Below the pieces are notes generated by a model that saw only the letters and a list, made by a program, of their open reading frames with translations, was not told the origin of the DNA and ran no database searches. 64,000 nt of DNA from Lingula anatina (Eukaryota; Animalia; Brachiopoda), in contig CM120646.1 in assembly GCA_051362555.1 (NCBI GenBank), forward strand, positions 18,166,001-18,230,000, written 5' to 3'. Shown piece by piece: positions 26,101-38,500 of the stretch (position 1 is its first letter; every line of letters starts with the position of its first letter). A program made the position numbers and the translations under genes.

Positions 26101-29075
26101 TGATGGTACTTTCCCCTATTCAACCGCAAGAAAAACAAACACTGTCAAGGGAGTGGGCAATGTGAGTAAAGACTTAAAGGCGAACGTACAAACACAGTTT
26201 CAGTGCCGACACTCTTGGAGGTCGTCGTGGTCCACTCGTATATGTTAGAAAAAGGCGTCTCTTCACAGTCCGACAGGTCGCCTGGAAATGAAACAAAATT
26301 AGTCCTTAACATTAAATTAAAGTTTGATCGTCTTTATGGTCATTTTATTATATGTTATAGACCAAATGTTTTTTTAGGAGCCACGTGAACTTATCTTTAT
26401 GAGATAACCTTATTTTAAGTTTAATTCTACGTAGCTGGACCCATCTCCGCGGGAACTGTCGCTAAATGCAGTCATTTTAACAGGTAAACCCGCTTCTCTT
26501 GTTTCCAATTTACTCGTTTAATCAACAGCCTTTCTGTATGGGGTCACTTGCATAAGAATATTTCTTCGGTTTCAATTTTAACTATCACCATCAAAAGAAT
26601 TAAAAATATCGATGTCAAAGCACTCACACTCCGTACCCCTGCCTAAATTATTATTATATATTGGTCAGAGAGGATAGAGAGACATAAAACAGCCAACAAC
26701 TATTAAATAAAAGATGTCAGATATTTTGGTGTCAGGTTTTTCTTAACATAAACGGGGCAAAATGCGGATAATGCCGTTCCTATAGTTCAAAAGTGCTTCG
26801 AAGTTTTTGGTTTCAGAGGTTTCAGTAACATTATTAACAGTTAACACAATAAAGAGCTGATAAAGCGCATGTTTAAAACGGGTAAAAAAATACTATGCCA
26901 ATGGTAAGACCATTAACAGGACTACAAAAAAAGTCCAAAATCTATAGTGTCTACATGTATTCCCCCAAGTGATTCCAGCATGAAGACAGATGTTCACTGC
27001 ATTTTTTTTCTATTTAAATCATTGACCATGGTACGTTTGCTTATGGCTGTAGTTCCTTTTAAAAATCGATGATAAGAAAAAGCAAAGGCCTGTATTTCTT
27101 GTGCAATGTATGCGAAATACGCTATAAAAGCAAGTTTTGGAGACACAATGCAGGATCTATTCCTTTGATATGTTGCGTCTGGGCATGTATCGATCATATC
27201 AAAGCTCACTTTTGAATAACAGAATGATTGTTTTCTGCATCCGCTTTTGCTCCATCGTGTTTGATCGAGGCCAAAAAACGACTCTTTCTTGTCCATCTAA
27301 ATATTTATTTGGCTCGAACAAAAAGAAAGCACCATATTTTGATCTTTCTAAAGAAAGTAATTATATTCTGACAATATTCTTACAGCAACGTTAACAGAAC
27401 AGACTGAGACGCTCTGGTTCTGTCCACCAACCTAGCACAGTAGAAAAGTTTGCCATGTTCACACGAATGTCCTCATCTAGCCTAAGCATTTGGTTATCTC
27501 TAGTATGACACTGGCGCGAGGCGGTTCTTAATAAAGCGGAAGTACTGCAGCAAGCCATTCACCTACCTACACAGTAGACCTCCCTGGTGTCACACGTGGC
27601 CCGACATCGGCCCGCCTCTGAACAAGGAGAGTTGGCACACTCGCTGTAGGTTGACTCCACGAGTGCGTTTACCTGTAACAAACAGGAAATATAGGATTGT
27701 GTTCAGATGCACGCACAGGAAGGCAATTCGATTTCAAGATTATCAAATTTATGGTGTACTTGGTTGTTTATTTTTATGTTCAATTCTACCAGTACAAAAC
27801 GATTAATTTTAAATGTTGATTATCCATGAAATTTGAATTTATCACTTAGCAGCGATTGGCACTTTATTATGATTAGGTGTTTCCATTAAAAAAGGACGTA
27901 ATTAGAATAAAAAACACTCAATAGTTGTGAATTTGTATGAAATGTCATAATGCTTGGTTGGCTGCAATGGTATCAAATGAAATGAAAACTTCTTAGCAAA
28001 TTTGGAGTGTATTTGATTTTTAATTCAGTTTAAGGGCAATTACGAATAATTTGGATTTAACAGTTTGTTCATTATGAAGTTCTTTTCACAATAGATATCT
28101 GTTAATAAGTTCAGAAATTTAAGTGCATTGTTTAGTCCGTTAATCGCAGAAAACACAGCTACTGTACATAAATGCATGTTTCATTTTTTAAATTTCACCA
28201 TCCAATTATTTAATTTTCTTATTAATCTGGACAACAATTGAGTGTCAATCACTCTTTCATTATTTTTTGTTTTCAATTTCTAAAATCACTCGGTATCCAG
28301 GTGTGGTGTGGGGCCGTCGTTCGCAGCGTACTGATTTTAGACACACTCCGATTAGTTGTAAATATGTTTTTAAAACGTAACTTTTGCTTTGACAGGAAAA
28401 AATTTAATTGAAAAGAGACGAGATTCCTCAATCTATTTGTCAATGTCTTAAAAACAAAAACGCATGATGATAGTCGTTTCCTTTGAAACAAATGTCCCTT
28501 TAAGATATTAAAATAATTAATAAAATGAAATGGGATGAATAAAAATAAACCTTTTAAGTCCTAAACTGGGTCAAAATCCTCAACAGTTTCACAGACATAA
28601 AGCATTTATGGTCTGATACCCGAACCAGTCCGTTTATTTAGAAGAATATATCATATAAGATACAAAATAGCAACGAAACGATGAAGATTGCATTATTTTT
28701 AGCTGCTAAACCCAAAATACCACTCACCGCCTGCGCCTGCAGATTGGTCACCACCCCTCCACTCTCCACCACGCTGCTCGTCTCATACCCAGTCGTCTCT
28801 TGCTGAATATCAAGAATGTAACATTTCTTGGCGCGTCCATCAAAGTACGTGGACTGGCAGTTATTGTAAGATGGGCAGTACGCGAGACAGTTGAGGTTGG
28901 AAACGGCGGGATATTCTGCCAGATAAACCGGGACTTCATATTCAGGAGTCACTCTGATTGGCGTAGAACCACTCCCGGTACTAGGGCGGCACATGTCCAA
29001 AGTAGACCCATTTGCCGTGAGAGCATGTGGCAATGGTAAGACCATTAACATGACTACAAAAATGTCCAAAATCAT
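21038..29075 (-). CDS. Secreted PAN/apple + EGF-like + 3x CTHRC1-type C-terminal domain protein, paralogue 1 (594 aa, 11 exons)
   Basis: Exons 29075-28728, 27672-27567, 26281-26190, 25498-25297, 24895-24749, 24219-24134, 23391-23199, 22923-22762, 21890-21790, 21656-21458 and 21186-21038; all GT-AG and in frame to TGA. Signal peptide MILDIFVVMLMVLPLPHA; PAN-like NCLAYCPSYNNCQSTYFDGRAKKCYIL; EGF-like CANSPCSEAGRCRATC...YC. Three units match CTHRC1 motifs (e.g. RWYFKFNGAECQNPG, GLCEGLAAG.V.VSLHVG.C, TGWNQENILIMEE). Confidence 0.88.
22075..22552. mobile_element. PIF/Harbinger-like MITE in intron 8 of paralogue 1
   Basis: TIRs AACCCCCGTCACACTTATTCGGAATCAGCAG / CTGCTGATTCCGAATAAGTGTGTCGGAGGCT with TAA/TTA flanks. 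Absent at the homologous intron position of paralogue 3 (~46650). Confidence 0.8.
23556..24125 (+). mobile_element. 5'-truncated, decayed LINE (CR1/L2/Crack-type ORF2 C-terminus plus 3' UTR with (ATT)n tail)
   Basis: Translates ...CLKMFTSMCMEKHRFNQLLRKVKEHWHSLKHS*NYYIPKVRTVRYAKAFIPWTLRNFN, resembling the P..RT.R...SFIP...R..N end of CR1/L2-clade ORF2, and ends in attattattatt. Absent from the homologous intron of paralogue 3 (ccaacactaacgt|gaataaag at ~47944). Confidence 0.7.
26895..27106 (-). pseudogene. Orphan duplicate of the upstream region and signal-peptide start of paralogue 1, inside its own intron 2
   Basis: Closely matches ~29028-29226 (ccaatggtaagaccattaaca...tgaagacagatgttcactgc...gttccttttaaaaatcgatgataa...tgtattt). 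The ATG is lost and the PAN part is missing. Confidence 0.8.
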
Positions 29076-32000
29076 GATAGTGTCTACATGTGATTCCAGC
29101 GTGAAGACAGATGTTCACTGCATTTTTTTCTATTTAAATCATTGACCATGGTACGTTTGCTTATGGCTGTAGTTCCTTTTAAAAAATCGATGATAATAAA
29201 AAGCAAAGTCCTGTATTTCCTGTGCATAACCCTCGAGAGTTTGTTTTTGGTTATGATTGGCGGGTTATTATCGAACCACGTGCATACGTTTATAGCAGTT
29301 GCTTGATAGTAATAGCAACAGGTTTTAAATTCAAGATTGCATATGAGATTAGTCAGTCTATAATTTTGATGTTTCGATTTCACAATACAGTCACATGATA
29401 AATAATATACTAAAAATCGGCGACATTAGACCTTGCCCATCGAAGCATATACATTTATTACAATTATTATCAACTTCTTTAAAAGTTGTCCAAATGTGAT
29501 TATTAACAAAGTTAAAGGCCGGCGGAAATAATTGATTTTTTCAGTTCTTTGTTAACCGCAAATGTACGTCCGATTTTTTACTATCAACAGAACTGTTTTA
29601 CAGAGCCAGAACCAAGCGATCAAAAAAAGAAAAAAACGTTGACGTCTATATTAATCAATTGTACTTCACGTTCTTATTCCTGCTTCAATATCAGTATTGT
29701 AGAATTGATATTTGTTTATCCCTTTATCACATATGGGCTTTGTTCATGTTCGGGTTGGCAATCGAAGTCTTGGTGATCACTAACAGCATGGTAAACATTC
29801 TTCATGAAACGACAGACAATGAAGATACAGCAATTGACAAAGGCGTGATCCCGATTTTAGTCATGTAAATAATATTATTTGCGATCACGGCATGATCTAT
29901 CAAGGAACCATAGCAATACATGTAAAAAAATTGGCTTCAAAACGTGTACATGACCAAAGGAAAGTTTTTAATTAAGCGCAACGTAGCAACAGTTAAATAA
30001 AAATCGTCTTTTGTGAGATCATATTTATTCTTTATTTTTCTTAGTTCACTACAGTTATCGAAGAAATCCCAAAGGACCCCTTTTAATAATTATTTTAGCC
30101 GAAACTGAGACTGTTATACATTCTAGACAACCAAGCTGCGTTTCATATTTTTCTCTAGAATGCTTTTCCTTTAGACCAATATCGCATTGTCGACTTTACA
30201 AAGTCCTCCATCTGATTTACTTAGCCACCAGGCCAAAAACCTTACGTCGTTCCATGAAACAAACCCCACGCTCTGAAACGATTAAATCCTCTACTTTGTA
30301 TAAATGTCTTAATGCTGACTATTATCTATGAAAACAGTCATTAAAATGATAGTTCGTACATGTAGGGTATAAACGACTTCTCATTGAGCATACTATTGAG
30401 GTTGACGGAGATGACAACGAATTAGAATCGAAAAGATCTATAACCAAACCTTTATTGCAAACAAGCAATGTGCGAGTTTCAGATGTGTGTGTGTTCTTAT
30501 AATTTGTATGTTTCAATATTTACCTGTTGATTGAACAAAATATTACTATATTCTTATAACATAACACACCTGGTGAAATTCTTCTCTGATATAAGATTTT
30601 TTAAAATTCATACATTGTGCCCCCCTTATTCCCTTTAAACTTCGTACTATCAAGGAGTTATAACTTCTTGGTACAATATGGTTTTAGGCAGGTCTTAAAC
30701 TTGACTGAACACAGGCTTGTCTTGGGAAATGTTTTGTTGATAGAGATTACATGGAAATTCAGAGTTTACAACTTTATTCGCCCACATTAATATTATATAT
30801 ATTTACTATAATATATAATTAATATAAATTCTTTATATGTAAGCACATTGTCTACAGGGGTAACGTTGTTTGAGAGTAGTTGATAGAATCACTGGACACC
30901 AAGCAGCACAGCATACACTTTGGACTTTTACATCATCTTTCATTGTGCAATCCAACCGTTTTGCATTTTGTTTCATAGTGTAATCTAACTGTTTTGTCTC
31001 TAATTTCACTGTACAATCAAACCGTTTTGTCTTTGATTTCATTGTACAATCAATAAATAAAAATAACATTGATATTATGAGTAAAATTACGACACTAAAC
31101 AATGGCACTAGGGCCTATCTACAGGGCCCCACTCGACGTAACAAAACTGTCGACAATGGGTGCTCTCTATATTCCTTCTTCTGATCTTACCATGGTCGGT
31201 TCTCAACAAACCGACGGCGTTTCATTTTGTGAGGGTTTTGTTACAAAAGTGAAACTCATCACCGTTACCAACCATGATGGGCATCGTTTACATAATTGCA
31301 TGCAACATCGGGTACGTTGAACATTAACCGAAGAACCGAAGGAACAGAATTGACATCAAGGCAGACGACGAATATACATGCACAACACATAATTACTTGC
31401 TTAAATTTCAACATGTAAATTGCATCAAAATATATGCCATAAAATAACAATATACGAACTCAATCACTTAAATGCTTGGGCCTTAAAGGAATCACCCCAG
31501 ATTGCTTCAAAAGACTTTTGTTTCCAGGCTTGGCAAAAAACTCTTCAAAAAATCCTTCCCTGACGCACATATGAGTCGGTCCAAAGAACACACATTGTCC
31601 CATCTTAATCATTATGCTAGTTTTTCTTAATCGCTTATTTACGGAGATTGCTATCGACACTAAAATGACTTAGAGGGCATACGGTGGTGGTGCTTAAGTT
31701 TAGCCCTTACATTTCCAATGGGGTTATGATTGCTAAGAGACTTATTGAAATAATAATGGCATCCACTGTTCGAAGACGCATGGAAATTTTACTTGCACAA
31801 CAAACAATAAATGGGTAGAATCTCAACGCGTAAACTGTGTCAAAACACCTAAAAATTACAATTACATTAAATGATTTGTACAGACACTATCATGAAATGT
31901 GTGAACCAAATAGGAATCATCGCAGATTGCTTCCAAAATATCTGTTTCCAGACTTAGCGTAGAATTCAGCGATCTTTTGCGGGATTTGGAGGAGAGTGAC

Positions 32001-32548
32001 TTCCACTGCTGAGATAGATAAAAAAACTCTCATTTGATGTGCAACTTCCATAACCTCACTGTCACAAGAATAATTCTCGCCAGTACATAACATATTTTCA
32101 CTGTTATGTGCACTTATGAGCACGTGGAGTAAAGCAAAGTAGGGAGAAAAGTTCTTTAACGGCTATACTTCTGAGGTTCACTGTCAGGTTCAAAGCTGGT
32201 TTGATAAAATATATTCGTGCTAGGATTCGAACGTATTTTGTATAAAAGTTCTTAATACCCGCTTTACATGTAGACCTACAGTATAAACACTCCTACATTG
32301 CCTTATTGTTCATCCGCAAGGCAAAATTAAGAATGAATACAGCCAGCAGACACATAACGTTTAATAGCGTTACCATAACGTTGTTTGGTTAAATACATAG
32401 TTACTAGAAAGTTATCTGATTATATGCATAATTACCATAACGTTGTTTGGTTAAGTTAACGTTATAATAGCTTTCTGTGTTTGCTGGGCATACGTTATCT
32501 TTTTTCAGAATTCTAAATTCTGAATTTGATAATTATCCGAAATGGTAT

Positions 32549-35500
32549 TCAAACGCCTACAAACACTTCTTCGACAATTACGTTGGTGCTGGATTGCCAA
32601 CCCGTGTACATATTAGAGCCTGGATAACCAGAGCAAGGAATTGTTCTCAGCTCCACACTCGTTGGACCGCTGGGAATGTCGTGGCAGATGCCATCCACTG
32701 AAATAAAATCCAGACACTCCATTAAAAATGGAAAAGACGGAATTTCACAGAATTAATGTTAAATGTTAAATGATGTTCCTTTACATAATGTGAAGGATCA
32801 TTTATCCTATGGACAAATGCCTCTCTCTAAATTTAGGCATTAATACGTCAGACATTGCCCTTAATTATTCAATAAAGCAATTATGGGAAGAGTGGGAGAC
32901 GTTAGAGTTTTGTAATGACTGCATGGTCATGACTCCATAATGCCCCATTAAATGTCGAATGGGCATCATAGGGACTTTACCAGTCATTAAAACGTTAACA
33001 CCATAGATCCTGTTATGATCATTATTGTCACTTACGATATAGATTGTTGAAATAAAAACACCCTGCATCAAGTAAAATATATATGTACATATACTCCATT
33101 AAGAATGGGAAAGACGAAATATATATTTTAATCAATACGCCGCTATTTTAACGGGAGGCCTTATGTCTCCAGTATGTGATAATATTGAAATATTTATTCA
33201 CCCGTTCTAAAGTCGAACACGTAAAGTACAATGATTGACTCAATAGCTTTGGGAGCTCCTCAATCTAAAATACTTTGCACTCTCCAAAAATCGCAACGCC
33301 AGTGAAAAGGAACTGATGTTCTGTGTAACGGAGTTCGCCATCTTATCTTTATATTACAGAACGTAGAGAGAAACGTGGAGTAAGTTCTCAAGATGGCAAT
33401 AAGATAACCATTACAAAACACACTCACCTACACAAGGTTGATGCCAGTTGGCCACCGAAGGTCCAGACTCGTATAGCACCCGCTCAATACTGCCCGGGTT
33501 ATTACACGTGGTTCCATTAAACGTCACATACCAGCGTCCACAATCTGGGTTTCCAAGGATACGACAGTTGAAACTCCAGATAACATTAATACCACTGTCC
33601 GAATATATTTTGTTGTACACGAAAGCCTGGAAAATATGGAAACATTCTAACTGAGTGCATATCATCATTTATTACCGACAGCAACTGACCTCACAAGGAC
33701 GTCACAAGACGTGCTCATGTCACATAATGACCCAAGACTTCCGTGTACGGTTTGGCCCGATATTAACATATTACTCACCTTGATGAGTGCATTTGTGATC
33801 TCAAGATTAAGGCTGAGCCACCACCCGTGCTGTCTGTTCACCACTGGGAGACGATATGCGTGACCACTTGGGGTGAGAACTGGAAAGATTCAAGAATATG
33901 ATTGGAAACAATATTGTAAAGTAAGCAGTAAATCTCACATCTATGTTCTTACAAAATGTCATTTAAATGTTATTATTGTACTTGTAACACCGTTTATTAT
34001 TTTCTTTAATTTTTTTATTGTACTTGTAACACCAATTAAATTGTTCGTGTATTTCATGTTGCCATTAAAATGTATGAACTGGTAAAGCACTTCAGAGAGC
34101 ATAGAAATCCGCCACGAAAGCTCAATTCACATTATTTTTTATTTATCAATAAATAAATTAATTTGCCAATTTACAAGATAAATTCTCATTATAATGGTCA
34201 TTGATTAATGAATCACCAGCTAAATTTACCCCTTCTTTGGCCGATGTATCTCTTTTACTTTTGGAAATATAAAGGCTATAAAATTAGATAAGCGCATTTT
34301 ATGGTAAAATTAAGGTAAAGTTAAAATCCACACGCTTTGATTCCCAATACAAAATTTTCTTTTTAAGTTCACTAGTAACAATGGGTGTATCTATTCTGGT
34401 TTTGGAGATGTAAATTGAAAAAGTGCCTTTCATCGTGGCAAGTAGCCTACGTCAAATGTCGGTGGTCATGGTCACATTAGGATTCTCAATGCACGGTTTC
34501 CTATCCAAGTTCAATATCAACTATGGACGCATCTCTTCTAGTTTTGGAGATATAAGGGCAAAAAATTGGAAAAGTGCATTTTATGGTGAAGTAAGGGCAA
34601 AGGTAAATTCAAGGTTCCCAATGTTATGATTTTCAATACTAGGGCAATATTAACCATAGATGCATTTGCAAAGTTCATTTCATGGTAAAAAGTAGGCCAA
34701 ATGTCAAATTCAAGGTCACATTAGGATTTCTTATTCAAGTATTATAGTTCATATGAGTGCATTTCTGCTAATTGACGTTTAATTTTGAAAACGTTTCACC
34801 ATTATGCATAGTGCCATTGTGCTTTTTGAAATAACTCAACTCCTAAACTCTGTGGAAAACAAACAAAGAGGCAACACTTCAATATTCAATAAATAAATAT
34901 ATAATGCTACAAACAAGAGTCTCCATCTGTTATGGCGCCAGATTTAGAAAGAGTTTCCTGTTTTCGCATCTACATGATGCTTCTCTGTGAAAATGGACCC
35001 ATTCGCGTACTTGTAGATGAAAGGAGACCCCAAGTGTAAGTTCTCGCCATAATATAAAAGCATAAGTCTATGCAGTGTCTAAAATCCGCATAGTGGCTGA
35101 TGTCGTCCGACACCTCCATTTACACATAGAGCTTAAATTTTTACAACATTTTGACACATTTGAGATTGAATATTGGCCAAAAGTCAAATGCAAGGTCAGA
35201 TACGACTTCTGGTCAGATGTTTGTAGTAAATTTCCCCATATTTCATTCGGTTTGGGGGATATTTCTCATTTTATGTTGTAAAATCTTGATAGACTTAGAC
35301 AAGGGTGCATTGCAACGCTTGTCATAGTTACGCCAAGGCACCGACAGAGCTCAAAACCAAGGGGTTCAAGGTGAGATTATATGTGTTCCAATTCCATAAG
35401 ATGAAGACAGGTTCTAGTAAACAAAATTCGGTAAGTCTGCTCATGACTGTATGGTGGTAGAAGGTCGCTGGACAAGGGTCCCTTACGGGAATGGTACGTG

Positions 35501-38500
35501 CACATCCAGAGGTGTAAAGACTGTGGGACATGTTCTGTGTGACTGTCCTCTCACAGCGGGCTTGAGAGAGAAATCTATTAACTTGGATTTCAGATTAGTC
35601 AGCAAACAAATATATTAGCAATATGAGCAAATATGTTTATCTCCAAATTCTTTTTTGACTGCTTGACCTGTGGGAAAAACATGTTTTCTGTAAATCTTGT
35701 GCTTCTGCCCATTATTCAAGTGCTAATCAGTACTCACCAGCAGTTATATCATTGCCAAGACGCGACTCTTCCATGATCAGTATGTTCTCTTGGTTCCAAC
35801 CAGTGTAGGGATTGCCTTCACTATAGCTATCGTAACATGTACCAACGTGAAGGGAAACCGTTACCAATCCTGCCGCAAGTCCTTTACATAATCCGTGTAC
35901 TGAGGATAGAAATCATGGCCTATAAGGCTACAAAGCTTTAAAACAAAGTTAATCCCGTAATGATAAAAAGCATTTCCCTATTTGTCCAATATGATTTAAT
36001 GCAAACATTTAAAGATCTATCAATGCATGTAATGTAGTTAGTCAACGCGGAGCGATTAAAATCAAACTTGCTACATGTACGTGTTCTAAATTTTACATAT
36101 TCATGCTTTCTTCATTTAAACCTGCATTAACAGTCTCCCTCTGTTTCCAAAAATAGAATAAAGACAAATATAATTATAACCTACATGCATATCCCCTGTG
36201 AAACATGTTATCTCCTTGCACGTAGAAGGCCATATCGACAGTGCCTGGGTTTTGGCATTCTGCTCCATTAAACTTAAAGTACCATCGCGAACAGACGGGG
36301 CTTCCGGACACATACAAATTTCCAGAATAATGAACGACAAGTGCTGTATCACTGGCCCTCTTCCGGAATGTCTCGGTCTAGAAAATAGTTTAACAACTTA
36401 TTACATCTTTAAGTATCTTGCTATGGCAGGTGTCTATATATAATCTGATAACTATCTCTCTGTGCAGTCACAGTCGCTGATGTCGTCCGACACCTCTATT
36501 CACCCAGAGAATAGGTTTCAGAAGCAACGACGTTGACCTAGCATTTAACTTTCTGACTGGTTATTGTTGTCTGTCTTCGAATTTCTCTGCGCAGCTTCAG
36601 TGTAAAAGAACGGTGAATTTTAAAAAGTTGTAGCATCGCGTTATCCGAAGAGAATTTTATAACGGTGTCCACGTTTAAGGCCTTCACAAAACCTTTGCGT
36701 TGTTCGGAACAAGCTTGATTGATTTATACGGTAGTAAAAGAACTTGAAAGCAGTGAAAACATTCCTCTCTTAAGCCTGGGTCACACTGATCTTGCAACCT
36801 TTTGGCAACCTCTTTGCAACCTCTGTCGCAAGGAGGTTGTCATAGGTTTTTAAGTGGTCGCATAAGGTTGCTGGCAGGTCGCCTGCGATCGTTGACACAT
36901 GAAAGCCATTTTTTTGTGCATCGACAACCAGTGCGACTAAAGATGAAAAATATCGGTATCCTAAAAGTTGCCTATCGGTCTCTTCTTGGTTGTCAGAAGG
37001 TTGCTATAACCAGTAGCATACCATCTGCAACTGCACGGTCGGTTGACAGTATTTAGTCGACTGGTCTCTTACAAGTTTGTTACCAGTCGCAAGTAGTCAG
37101 CAGCAGGTCGCTAGAAGGTTGCAGTTGTTACTGCATGGTCGATTGACGGTCTTTATACCCCCGTCACACTAGAGGCAGAATGAGCAAGAATGCCGTCGGA
37201 AAGACAATTCTTTGTGCATACCTGGATATTCAAAGAGCATTCTAAAAATTCCGAGTGCATTTCAAATATTTTTACCCATTATTGTGGTCGGCCCGAATGT
37301 TAAAAACTTTCGAAAGTTTTTGACATGAGCAAAACATTCGAGCCGGCCACAAGAATGTGTAAATATATTTGGAATGCACTCGGAATTTTTAGAATGCTCT
37401 TCGAATATCCAGGAATGCACAAAAAAATGTATTTCCGACGCAATTCTTAATCATTCCGCCTTACTAGAACTTTTTTGTCTTTTGAGAGGGGAATTTATGA
37501 GAAAGCAGCTACTGTCACAAGTTGGAAACATATATTTTCTGTGCGACCTTGCTGCTACCAGTTGACAAGCGATTGCTTGCCCTGCAACCGGTTTTCAATC
37601 ACCAAATGGCTGCAGACAGGTTGTTTATCGCTCGGCAAACGGTGTGCGACTGGTAACCTATGGCTTGAAGATGGTCTATAAGATACCATACTGCAACCTT
37701 GTTGCAACCGGTTTGCGACTGCTTGCCGATCAAAATTGGCCATAGCTTTTTAATTAGCTTGCAAAGTGATCGCAAACGACCGCCAGATTTTATGGTTGCA
37801 AAAAGGTTGCCAAAAGGTTGCAAGCGCAGTGTGACCCAGCCTTTTGGCAGCTGCTGTTGAGAATAAATTTCTTGTACGGTTTTTTTTCACAATTTTAAAC
37901 CTCATTCATCATTCGTCATTTACCTTGCCTATGTCAATGAGTCTGTTCCTTTAAATGTGTTTGTTTATGTATGTATGTATGTATACGTGCTTTTTTTGAT
38001 GAAAATTTTTACTATTTTAGTGAGATCCTCCATCTCACTTTACAGTTACTAGCCTGTGAGGTAAATTTAAAGAAATGTGATATTTACAGTATCTAAAATC
38101 AAAGTCCCAATCTATATTTAAAAATAATTTATTATACTCACAATATGAGCATTGTTATTTCTTGTGCTGGCGTAGTAATACTTGCTCAGATATTGTATGT
38201 TAAATATGGACAGCGAGGTACAGGCGCCTAAAACATAAATAATATGTTTACTGAAAATACATAGAATTTAATATAATATTAATTAAGTCTAATTAATGTG
38301 AAGTATAATTACTGCTTTAACTTATTCATTCTACAAACAGTACCCCTGAAACAGTTTCTCTTACATTTACATGTACTTTGTCATAGAAATTAAGGTAGTT
38401 TGGGTAGTCAGAAGTGTTTCACGGATGTCAGCTTACCATGAGTCGACATTGTTCAAAAACCTGAACCATACCCTCCCCCCCCTCCCCCCCCCCCCCCCCA

